A DNA stretch of 64,000 bases from contig JBFWJC010000004.1 in assembly GCA_050253415.1 (NCBI GenBank), forward strand, positions 256,001-320,000. The letters run 5' to 3'. Under the pieces are notes generated by a model. The model worked only from the letters and a program-made list of their open reading frames with translations. It was not told the DNA's origin and did not search any database. A program made the position numbers and the translations under genes. Source of the DNA: Pedobacter sp. Lineage in GTDB: Bacteria > Desulfobacterota > Desulfuromonadia > Desulfuromonadales > Syntrophotaleaceae. Positions 7,831 to 16,989 of this stretch are shown here, in pieces (within the stretch, counting starts at the first letter, position 1; each line of letters opens with the position of its first letter).

Positions 7831-10270
7831 GAGTCCCTTCTGTAGTGTGTTGGCCGGCACGGGCGGCGTCATGATGAACGGATAGCAGCAACAGGTGGAT
7901 GAGGCGCCGCAAACTGCCGGCAGGCAACTTTTCGTCAAGGCAATCGCGGCGCACCACGCGCAGAAAATCGCTGGCCGAGCCGGCGCCCAGCAATGCATGC
8001 AGGGCCTGGCGCAGATCGGCGTCACGGGTGGCGGCGCATTCGAGTTGGACCAGATCCGCTTCCAGGTCGCGCAGCCCTTCCTCCAGCTGGCGAAGCCGCA
8101 GGGGGCCGCGATAGTAGTCTTCGGCGGCCCGATTGAACTCCTGCGCCGGCACCGCCATGGGATCGATCGCCCCCAGTTCGGAGAGGATGCCGTTGGTCAA
8201 ACGACCGGCGGCGGAAAAAACGCCGGGAAGCTCGAGGCGCAGTCGCAGATCGCGCATCAATTCCCCCAGCCCCATGGCTTCGATCAATTCCGCGCCGTCC
8301 GCTTCAACCACCTCCAGCAGTGCACGCTGGTAGGCCTCCAACGGCACGCTCGAATAACCGGGATAGCGGCGGCTGGCGCGCAGACCGTCGGTTTGCCGCA
8401 TGATACGGCGCAGCAACCGGTTGCGGGTGTTTTTGCGCACGAAAAAAGTCGGAATGCCCAGCGCCGCGCCGAAAAACATCTGGCGGCGCTCGCTTTCGGT
8501 GACCGGATCGTCCGGAATGTCACGATGGTCGTAACTACCCTGCGCCAGGTACTTGTAGGCCAGGGCCACCAGCAGCGTCTGCAGGCTGGCCGCCTGCCCC
8601 ATATCGCGGGAAAATTCGGGAAACAGGCTGTATTGGCGGCCTTCGAAACCGCAGAATCCCATCACATCGAACTGGCGCTGTTTGCAGGCCAGATACAGGG
8701 ACATGCGCTCGTCGAACACCCCCTGCTCCGCCAGATCGCGTTTGAGATGCTGCTGGCTGTCGATGCTGCCGTCCAGCGCCGGTGAGTGATAGGTACTCAG
8801 CAGCCAGACCGGATAATCGATGAGGCGAAAATCCGGCACAAAATCCCCCCGCAGCCGAAAGGCTCCGGCCACCGCGCGGTCGATCCAGGGCGGTCCGAAG
8901 GGCGTCATCGAGCGGCCCAGCACCGACAGGTTGGCCTTTTTGCGCCAGCGCAGCCACAGCATGCGCAGATGGGTGTAATCGAGTTCGTGCGCCAGAAAGC
9001 CGAGGGCCTTTTCCGGATGAAAGTCGGCGAACCCGAGGCGCGAAGGTGCGGCGCTGTAGGTACCGACGAACAGCGGCATGAAATGCTCGACCAGCTTGAT
9101 CACCAGATCACCGAGCCGTTTTTCCCCGGCAGCGTCAAAACCTGCCAGACCGGCGCCGCGCAAGGCGGTCAAACGACGGCTGCCAAGGGTGATATGCACG
9201 CCGTTATTGGCCAGGCTGGTGTTGGAGACATTGGGCAGCACCACCAGGTTATTGAGGATGATACCGGCGTCGCGCAGCTTGGCGACCGCATTGAGCTGGC
9301 TGCGCCCGAGCACCTCGTGGCACAGATGCATGTAGCGATGCTTATCTTCGCCCCGGTCCCAGCCGGACAGGCAGGGACTCATGAACAGCTCGCGATACAA
9401 AGCATCCGGGATCAGGTCGTTGAGGCGTCGCTGCCGCTGCGGCGGCTGTGGCGCGGCGTAGATCATGGCGCGTTGGCCGTGGGCACCGAGTTTAAAATGC
9501 TCGTTGGCGTACTGCACCAGTAAATGGGTCAGCGCAAACCGCTTGGCCGATTCGCGCCCCAGTGCCTGGCCCTGGCCACGATGCGGAGTCAGCGGCACCA
9601 CGAAAAACGAAAAGGTCTCCGGCGAAGTGTTGTCGTTGAGAAAATGCTCCAGCAGACGCATCCCGGTACCACGGACCGCCGATGGCAGCGGCTCCTCACC
9701 ACCGATGGCATCGGCCAGCGCCAGCTTGACCAGGTAGCTGATCGGCACGCGCAGCTGTTCCCCCTGTCGGTCGCGCAGCACAAAACGAGTATGATCGCTG
9801 CGCAAACCGCAGCCGGGGCGGCTTTTATCGACCAGCAGATCCCGCTGGAAAACCGCATCCGCATGGCTGTTAAGGGCATGGCGCGGAAACCGCACCCAGC
9901 TGTTTTCCCAGATCCCGTCACGGTTGTCCTCGATCCAGGCGGTCAAGTCATCGACCTGCTGGCGGGGAGTTTCCCCCGCATGAGCCCGGCGCGCCATCTG
10001 CGCAAAAAAGCTCGATTCCCGCACGCTGCAGGGCAAGTCGACCACACTGGCGGCACCGACCACCGCCGCCTGCAGCTCCGCTTCCGCACCGGCGGTGACA
10101 TCCTCGCCGACAAACGGCAGCGTGGCCAGCAGGCTCTCGGTACTGGATACGTCCACACCCAGGCGGGACAGCAGTTCAGCGGGCGGCAGAGTTATCGGGG
10201 CAGGATTAAGCCCGGCAGGGCAAGGCTCCTCGACGAGTTTGAGACTGGATAATTGTTGTGCTACGGACAT
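7799..10270 (-). CDS. Large hypothetical protein (~823 aa), possible glutamine-synthetase/glutamate-cysteine-ligase fold
   Basis: Long ORF with RBS AGGAAGGGG; motifs TAGAEAELQ, NTSPET, NNGVHITLG, GFEGR (fold call is inference). Confidence 0.8.
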   Translation of the reverse strand: MSVAQQLSSLKLVEEPCPAGLNPAPITLPPAELLSRLGVDVSSTESLLATLPFVGEDVTAGAEAELQAAVVGAASVVDLPCSVRESSFFAQMARRAHAGETPRQQVDDLTAWIEDNRDGIWENSWVRFPRHALNSHADAVFQRDLLVDKSRPGCGLRSDHTRFVLRDRQGEQLRVPISYLVKLALADAIGGEEPLPSAVRGTGMRLLEHFLNDNTSPETFSFFVVPLTPHRGQGQALGRESAKRFALTHLLVQYANEHFKLGAHGQRAMIYAAPQPPQRQRRLNDLIPDALYRELFMSPCLSGWDRGEDKHRYMHLCHEVLGRSQLNAVAKLRDAGIILNNLVVLPNVSNTSLANNGVHITLGSRRLTALRGAGLAGFDAAGEKRLGDLVIKLVEHFMPLFVGTYSAAPSRLGFADFHPEKALGFLAHELDYTHLRMLWLRWRKKANLSVLGRSMTPFGPPWIDRAVAGAFRLRGDFVPDFRLIDYPVWLLSTYHSPALDGSIDSQQHLKRDLAEQGVFDERMSLYLACKQRQFDVMGFCGFEGRQYSLFPEFSRDMGQAASLQTLLVALAYKYLAQGSYDHRDIPDDPVTESERRQMFFGAALGIPTFFVRKNTRNRLLRRIMRQTDGLRASRRYPGYSSVPLEAYQRALLEVVEADGAELIEAMGLGELMRDLRLRLELPGVFSAAGRLTNGILSELGAIDPMAVPAQEFNRAAEDYYRGPLRLRQLEEGLRDLEADLVQLECAATRDADLRQALHALLGAGSASDFLRVVRRDCLDEKLPAGSLRRLIHLLLLSVHHDAARAGQHTTEGTHADVGSPSIR

Positions 10271-10333
10271 CGGCACCCCTTCCTGACCTATGTGCCTGGA
10301 GATGTCAGACACATGCACTTCTTGTTGCCGGTG

Positions 10334-10376
10334 AAATTATCCTATGGAGATTAGGGATGCGTTACAGGCGGGTTAT
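10334..10376 (-). promoter_or_regulatory. Pho-box-like promoter site 1
   Basis: Minus strand ATAAC-N6-GTAAC-N6-CTAAT-N10-TAATTT. Confidence 0.6.
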
Positions 10377-10454
10377 TTCTTCATTCTGCGGCTTGGTTAA
10401 TAGCCAGGGTCGATGTGCTTCGAGCCTCAGCACATCCTGCCAACGGTCGACAGG

Positions 10455-12915
10455 AGGGGAGCCATTTTTTGCTTACTTTTTTGTGGGCTTGATCAAAAAG
10501 TCAGGTGCCGGGCGGGGGGCGCGATCTCGCGGTCTTGTAGTTGTTCGTTTGGTTTCTTAAACACTTCAACTTCAACTTCTACACCGCCGGTCCCGGCCGG
10601 CAGCCGGCTTACTTTCTTTACCCGTCTATAGAAAGTAAGCAAAGAAAGGACGTAACGTCTGGCTTCGCCGTTATGTCTGTCGCGAAGTGGCTTGGCTCGA
10701 CGCACCTTACTGGTAACGGATAAGGCATCCGCCTTCGTAGGGCTTCATTTGCCGGCGGAGGTGGGGCGCACAGCTCGCCGCGTAGCTGTTGCAGGCACCG
10801 GCTCTGCTAGTTTTATAAACGCTTTTGCCTCTGCCGCTAATCCCCTGTGACGCTGCCGGAATGGAGCGACCGGCGGGAGAAACAGGCGGAGGACTGAGCG
10901 TAGCGAATCTTCTCCGCCCGCCCGGCGGTTGCGGAATGCAGGGTATCCGCCGCAGGCGGGCCAGGAAAGGGGCGCGCTTTTCTGCTTACTCTTTTGACGC
11001 GCTTTAAAAGAGTAAGGCGCCGGGCGGGGGCGCGGCCCCGCGGTCTTGCATGCAAGGGTTGGATTCTTGAAAACCGAAATTCAACACCGCCGGTCCCGGC
11101 CGGCAGCCGGCTTACTTTCTTTACTCGTCTATAGAAAGTAAGCAAAGAAAGGACGTAACGTCTGGCTTCGCCGTTATGTCTGTCGCGAAGCAAGCTTGGC
11201 TCGACGCACCTTACCGGGCAAAGACAAACGGCGCGTCTGCGTAGGGCTTCATTTGCCGGCGGAGGTGGAGCGCACAGCTCGCCGCGTAGCTGTTGCTGGA
11301 ACCGGCGCTGCTAGTTTTATAAACGCATTTGCCTCTTCCGCTAATCCCCTGTGACGCAGCCGGAGTGGAGCGACCGGCGGGCGAAACAGGCGGAGGACTG
11401 AGCGCAGCGAATCTTCTCCGCCCGCCCGGCGGTTGCGGAATGCAGGGTATCCGCCGCAGGCGGGCAAGGAAAGGGGCGCGCTTTTCTGCTTACTCTTTTG
11501 AGGCGTATTAAAAGAGTAAGGCGACGGGCGGGGGCGCGGCCCCGCGGTCTTGCATGCAAGGGTTGGATTCTTGAAAACCGAAATGCAACACCGCCGGTCC
11601 CGGCCGGCAGCCGGCTTACTTTCTTTACCCGTCTATAGAAAGTAAGCAAAGAAAGGACGTAACGTCTGGCTTCGCCGTTATGTCTGTCGCAAAGAGGCTT
11701 GGCTCGACGCACCTTACTGGTAACGGATAAGGCATCCGTCTTCGTAGGGCTTCATTTGCCGGCGGAGGTGGGGCGCACAGCTCGCCGCGTAGCTGTTGCT
11801 GGAACCGGCGCTGCTAGTTTTTTTAAACGCTTTTGCGATTATTTTTGCTTTTGTCTCCGCCTTGGCATTCCCCTGTGACGCAGCCGGAGTGGAGCGACCG
11901 GCGGGCGAAACAGGCGGAGGACTGAGCGCAGCGAATCTTCTCCGCCCGCCCGGCGGTTGCGGAATGCAGGGTATCCGCCGCAGGCGGGCAAGGAAAGGGG
12001 CGCGCTTTTCTGCTTACTCTTTAGACGCGCATCAAAAGAGTAAGGCGCCGGGCGGGGGCGCGGCCCCGCGGTCTTGTATGTAAGGGGTGGATTCCTGAAA
12101 ACCGAAATTCAACACCGCCGGTCCCGGCCGGCAGCCGGCTTACTTTCTTTACCCGTCTATAGAAAGTAAGCAAAGAAAGGACGTAACGTCTGGCTTCGCC
12201 GTTATGTCTGTCGCGAAGTGGCTTGGCTCGACGCACCTTACTGGTAACGGATAAGGCATCCGTCTGCGTCGGGCTTCATTTGCCGGCGGAGGTGGGGCGC
12301 ACAGCTCGCCGCGTAGCTGTTGCTGGAACCGGCGCTGCTAGTTTTTTTAAACGCTTTTGCGATTATTTTTGCTTTTGTCTCCGCCTTGGTATTCCCCTGT
12401 GACGCAGCCGGAGTGGAGCGACCGGCGGGCGAAACAGGCGGAGGACTGAGCGCAGCGAATCTTCTCCGCCCGCCCGGCGGTTGCGGAATGCAGGGTATCC
12501 GCCGCAGGCGGGCAAGGAAAGGGGCGCGCTTTTCTGCTTACTCTTTAGACGCGCATCAAAAGAGTAAGGCGCCGGGCGGGGGCGCGGCCCCGCGGTCTTG
12601 TATGTAAGGGGTGGATTCCTGAAAACCGAAATTCAACACCGCCGGTCCCGGCCGGCAGCCGGCTTACTTTCTTTACCCGTCTATAGAAAGTAAGCAAAGA
12701 AAGGACGTAACACCTGGCTTCGCCGTTATGTCTGTCGCGAAGCGAGCTTGGCTCGACGCACCTTACCGGGAAAGAACAAGCGGCGCGTCTGCGTCGGGCT
12801 TCACTTGCCGGCGGAGGTGGGGCGCACAGCTCGCCGCGTAGCTGTTGCTGGAACCGGCGCTGCTAGTTTTATAAACGCATTTGCCTCTTCCGTTTATCCC
12901 CTGTGACGCTGCCGG
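10455..12915 (+). repeat. Tandem array of a ~504-524 bp two-module palindromic repeat (5 A modules, 4 full B modules)
   Basis: caccgccggtcccggccggcagccggcttactttc begins at ~10583, 11086, 11589, 12114 and 12637; B module atcccctgtgacgc...ccccgcggtcttg. Confidence 0.95.
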
Positions 12916-13104
12916 GCCTCAGCACATCCCACGCGTTGATCGCCAACTATGGAGTGGAAATGAAGAGTGTTAACAGAGGCTGTCTCCTCTGAGAACTAAC
13001 GCTATTCCAACGTTTCGCTTACGATCAGCAAAGAATATTCCTGCATGGTTCTCAGTAAAATCATAGGACTATGCCCCGCAAGCGACTTTCATCGGACCAA
13101 CACC

Positions 13105-13884
13105 ATGACGACCATCTGCACGTATTCCCTGGCGCACAGGATGACTGCTGCATGCCTGCTGATCCTGCTGTGCCTGACGACTCAGGCCCGGGCCGGCGAG
13201 CCTTCGGAAGGCTATCGTTACCGACAACAAACCGGCGATAAAATCGAATATTTCGACTGGATGCTGGAGAGAGCGGAAAATCTTTTATTGACCGCTACCA
13301 GCGGCACGGAAACCTTTCGCACACTCATGGACAGCGACCTGCGTACGCATAGCTGGATGTTTAATAACCCTGCCGAACACATCGCCATAGAAGCCCGGCG
13401 TCAGTCCGACAGCATCACGCTGACAGGTCTGTGGAACGGGCAACCGCTCCGTAAAACCCTGCGTATTGACGCCGAACCCTGGTATCAGGCCATGTCCCTG
13501 TCGATGCGTGCCGTTATGAATTCCACCGAGGAGTCCATAACGTTCTGGACTTTGCGCCCGGATGAATTGAAACCGCTGAAACTGAAGGCGATAAAAAAAG
13601 GGAGGGAAGTCCTGAATATCGACGGACGTTCCATCCAGGCACAGAAGATTGAAATCCGCCTTACCGGGCTGGGCGCGTTGCTGGGGCATTCCCTGTACTG
13701 GCTGCGACCAAGCGACGGCCTGTTCCTCAAATACCAGGGGCCTATCGGTCTGGCGGGAATGGCCTGCACAACCATCACCCTGGACCATGCATTGCTATCC
13801 TCGACCGATGTGCCCTCCACCGTACTTTGCAACAGATTGAATTCTTTGCATCCCTCTTCCGATACCGCCCCGAAACATCCCTGA
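13105..13884 (+). CDS. Exported hypothetical protein
   Basis: Signal-peptide-like LLILLCLTTQARA; beta-rich; start uncertain. Confidence 0.7.
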   Translation: MTTICTYSLAHRMTAACLLILLCLTTQARAGEPSEGYRYRQQTGDKIEYFDWMLERAENLLLTATSGTETFRTLMDSDLRTHSWMFNNPAEHIAIEARRQSDSITLTGLWNGQPLRKTLRIDAEPWYQAMSLSMRAVMNSTEESITFWTLRPDELKPLKLKAIKKGREVLNIDGRSIQAQKIEIRLTGLGALLGHSLYWLRPSDGLFLKYQGPIGLAGMACTTITLDHALLSSTDVPSTVLCNRLNSLHPSSDTAPKHP

Positions 13885-13937
13885 ACTCGGCATGGTCGGA
13901 AATCTTCGGCCTGCTCCGACAAAAAAGATCCGAGCGG

Positions 13938-13966
13938 GATGTAACCTTTTCGCCTGCCTGGCGATT
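13938..13966 (+). promoter_or_regulatory. Putative ECF sigma promoter (autoregulatory)
   Basis: GATGTAACC-N15-CGATT, same motif and spacing as 15748-15776. Confidence 0.65.
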
Positions 13967-14080
13967 TTGTCAATAGGAATATGATATGCTGCCGACGCCG
14001 GCAGCCGTCGTGGTGTTCAAGCACAGGGAAATTCCACCGGTTTCGGTTCTGATTTCCAACAAAGCGGAGTACGGCATTTG

Positions 14081-14695
14081 ATGAAAAGTGATGTGGCGGT
14101 CAAAACGGATGAGACTGAGGACGTTGAAATCATCGACCGCGTGCTCCGTGGGGCCACCAACGATTTCGAGATTCTCCTGCACAGGTATCGCGGGTATGTG
14201 TTTAAAATTGTCGCGGGGATCATTCCCGCTGATGCGGTAGCGGATCTATCCCACGAGATATTCATCGATGTCTACAAATCGCTGCCTCGCTACGATGATA
14301 GAAAAACATTCAAGAAATGGCTTGCCAGCATAGCGATCCGGCGCTGTTACGACTACTGGCGCAAGCATTACCATAACCGGGAAATCCCGCTCAGCGACCT
14401 TACCGAGGAACACGAAAACTGGGTCGAAAATGTCGCCGCCACCCAAGCCAAAGACCTGTTTGAAAAGGGTGAAAAGCAAAAAGAGGCACGGGAAGTTTTA
14501 CAATGGGCGATGGCCGGCCTCTCTGCCAAAGACAGGATGGTCCTCACCCTGGTCCACCTGGAGGGGCATTCCGTAAAGGAGGCCGCGCAAATCCTTGGCT
14601 GGAGCGCGATCAATGTGAAGGTTCGCGCCCACAGATCACGGAAAATACTGCGGAAGAGAATTGCGACAATGTTGGAAGGAGAAAGCAGCAGATGA
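14081..14695 (+). CDS. ECF RNA polymerase sigma factor
   Basis: Region 2 (DLSHEIFIDVYKSL..FKKWLASIAIRRCYD) and region 4 (EGHSVKEAAQILGWSAINVKVRAHR). Confidence 0.95.
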   Translation: MKSDVAVKTDETEDVEIIDRVLRGATNDFEILLHRYRGYVFKIVAGIIPADAVADLSHEIFIDVYKSLPRYDDRKTFKKWLASIAIRRCYDYWRKHYHNREIPLSDLTEEHENWVENVAATQAKDLFEKGEKQKEAREVLQWAMAGLSAKDRMVLTLVHLEGHSVKEAAQILGWSAINVKVRAHRSRKILRKRIATMLEGESSR

Positions 14696-15012
14696 TGAAA
14701 AATGATCGCGTAACCGAGCTGGAAAAAGCGCTTGTCGCGTCGCACCGTAGCCGACCGCAGGTCGAGGCACCCGCAGGATGGGACATGCAGGTGATGCAAC
14801 AGATACAGGCACAAGGCCGCGCACGCATCGAAGAACAGGAATCCTTCCTGACTCAACGCTTTGTCTGGCGTTTCGCCGCAGTTGCCTGCACGATTGCATT
14901 CATCGTTTCCATGTACGCCTTTGGAACCGACCTCGGCCCGGAACATCTGGTCGCCAAGCTCTTCTTCGATGATCCTTTGGGCCTGGTCACCATGCCTATT
15001 TTTGCCTTGTAA
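14692..15012 (+). CDS. Putative single-TM anti-sigma factor
   Basis: ATGA overlap with the sigma gene; APAGWDMQVMQQI then one TM. Confidence 0.75.
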   Translation: MMKNDRVTELEKALVASHRSRPQVEAPAGWDMQVMQQIQAQGRARIEEQESFLTQRFVWRFAAVACTIAFIVSMYAFGTDLGPEHLVAKLFFDDPLGLVTMPIFAL

Positions 15013-15085
15013 CCCGCATCATGCGCGTCTGTTTATTTTATAAAAACGGAAAATACAACCTGTCAGAGGGGGGGAGTAACCTGAT

Positions 15086-15466
15086 ATGAAAAGATGGAAA
15101 CTATGGGCGGGAGTTCTGCTGGTTTTTGCTGCAGGTGCGTGCATGGGCGTTGTCGGCACCGGTCTTTATGTCCGCCACTCCTTTGAGTCCCTGCTCCAGG
15201 GTGGCCCACCGGCCGTGGCTGAACGGGTCACTAATAAACTTGCCCGAGAGCTGGACCTCTCGAAATCCCAGAAGATTGCAGTGGGTGAAACCGTGCAAGA
15301 GATGCAATCCCAAATACAGGCACTGCGACTCCAGTACCGGCCGGAAGCAAAACAAATCCTGATCACCGGTATGTCGAAGATGAAGACGGAACTGTCGGCG
15401 GAGCAACAGCAAAAGCTGGACAGACTGTATAACAAGCTCACGGCGCGATGGCGATTAAACGAATAA
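15086..15466 (+). CDS. Membrane-anchored periplasmic Spy/CpxP-like helical protein
   Basis: N-terminal TM; LDLSKSQK and LSAEQQ (LTxxQ-like) motifs. Confidence 0.7.
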   Translation: MKRWKLWAGVLLVFAAGACMGVVGTGLYVRHSFESLLQGGPPAVAERVTNKLARELDLSKSQKIAVGETVQEMQSQIQALRLQYRPEAKQILITGMSKMKTELSAEQQQKLDRLYNKLTARWRLNE

Positions 15467-15532
15467 TACCGTTTCGGGATCGGCTCTTTAACGCAAGTAC
15501 TTAGGCTGACCGCCAGTGAAGCAAACCATACA

Positions 15533-15607
15533 AAACAGGGATACTCAGGATGTTCAGGATAAAATCTTGAATTCCGGGCCTTGGTATTGATCCTGGATAT
15601 CCCTGAT
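15533..15607. repeat. Short palindromic REP-like element
   Basis: aacagggatactcaggat...atcctggatatccctgatt. Confidence 0.5.
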
Positions 15608-15747
15608 TAAATAGAACCGCGAAAAACATTCACTTTCGAAAAAATCAACATCCGAGGGTTTCACAGGTATATCCACGAGCTGGCCGAACATCTCGACCTG
15701 ATCCCTTCCCCGCAGTCAACCGATCATTTCTAAATAAATCCATTCAA

Positions 15748-15776
15748 GATGTAACCTTTTTCGTTCCTTTCCGATT
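15748..15776 (+). promoter_or_regulatory. Putative ECF sigma target promoter
   Basis: GATGTAACC-N15-CGATT. Confidence 0.65.
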
Positions 15777-15923
15777 CTAAGCACAGGGAGGCATGTCATG
15801 GACCTGCCAGGATGCCATGCCACAGGACATGGCAACACGCGTTATGTGAAAACTTTTCACGTGGTTAGCCATGTCCCTACGGCTTAGGTGTTAAAAACAG
15901 AAAGACAAACCAGGAGGAAAAGG

Positions 15924-16475
15924 ATGAAAGTATTGAGTTTTTACAAGGTCAGAGTATTTAGGAATGTGGCGTGCATGCTATTCGTATTGATGTTCCTGAC
16001 TGCCTCGACTGATGTCATGGCCTGGCAACGCAACGTATCACGCACCGGCCCATCAGGACAGAGCGCCACGCGCAACATTACCGCCACCCGATCAGGCAGT
16101 GGATACAACCGAAGCACTACGTTCAACGGCCCCCAGGGTAACTCCGCCACCCGCGAAACGTCAGCCTCCCGCACCGAGTCCGGAATAAACCGCTCCACCA
16201 CGACTACCGGCCCTCAAGGCAACACGATGACCCGCGAAGCCAATAGCCAGTGGAATCCGGAAACCAAAACCTGGACCAAGAGCTCAAACACCACTGGATC
16301 CGGCGGACAGACCGCCACCCGTGAAACATCAGTCTCCCGCACCGAGTCCGGAATAAACCGCTCCACCACGACTACCGGCCCTCAAGGCAGCTCGGTGACC
16401 CGCGATGCCAACGGCCAATGGGATCCGGAGACAAAAACCTGGTCGAAAAACGTAATAGTGGAGACTGCCCCATGA
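15924..16475 (+). CDS. Exported Thr/Gly/Ser-rich repeat protein
   Basis: AGGAGG RBS; signal peptide; duplicated block ATRETS.SRTESGINRSTTTTGPQG..W.PETKTW. Confidence 0.8.
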   Translation: MKVLSFYKVRVFRNVACMLFVLMFLTASTDVMAWQRNVSRTGPSGQSATRNITATRSGSGYNRSTTFNGPQGNSATRETSASRTESGINRSTTTTGPQGNTMTREANSQWNPETKTWTKSSNTTGSGGQTATRETSVSRTESGINRSTTTTGPQGSSVTRDANGQWDPETKTWSKNVIVETAP

Positions 16476-16825
16476 TCAATTTCGCAAAGAACAGGTTGAT
16501 GAGAAGTCACTCGCTTGGCAGCGCCAAATCGACGAGGATGCTGGTAGCGATGCTCGCCGGGTTAACCCTTATTCTTCCGGCAAGCATGGCGATAGCTCGG
16601 GAAAACCCCCTCGATGTTCTCTTCCAGATAAGCGACAGCGATGCCAACGGGCTCATCAGTGAAGCGGAATGGCACGCAACCATGCAGAAACGCATGGAAT
16701 CGCTCGACACCAATCACGACGGAAACCTGTCGCGGGTGGAATTCGAAAAGGCACGACAAACCGTCAGGGAAAGAATGCGCAGCATGTCACCGCGTGCACG
16801 CAGTGATAATCAGTCTATGGAATAA
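16472..16825 (+). CDS. Exported EF-hand protein
   Basis: DSDANGLISEAE and DTNHDGNLSRVE EF-hand loops; ATGA overlap. Confidence 0.8.
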   Translation: MINFAKNRLMRSHSLGSAKSTRMLVAMLAGLTLILPASMAIARENPLDVLFQISDSDANGLISEAEWHATMQKRMESLDTNHDGNLSRVEFEKARQTVRERMRSMSPRARSDNQSME

Positions 16826-16989
16826 TTTCTACCAGGTGAGACGAGCGTTGGACCTGAAACGGTCGGTTTGATTGCCTTGATTTGACAATAAAGCCGGTCC
16901 CGAACATAGTGCTTCGAGGCCGGCTTTGTATTTGAGGGGTTCTCTTTCCTTTAACAATGCACGGACTGCGGCCTCGTCTACCACGCCAG

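Noticed and set aside
5522..10252. Long plus-strand ORFs (404, 333, 296, 245, 242 aa)
   Set aside because: Antisense shadows of GC-rich minus-strand genes; no motifs
10455..12915. CRISPR array or coding repeats (ORFs such as MRRAKPLRDRH..., MPLPLIPCDAAG...)
   Set aside because: Units are ~500 bp with no unique 30-40 bp spacers and no cas genes; the ORFs change frame and length between copies and lack RBSs
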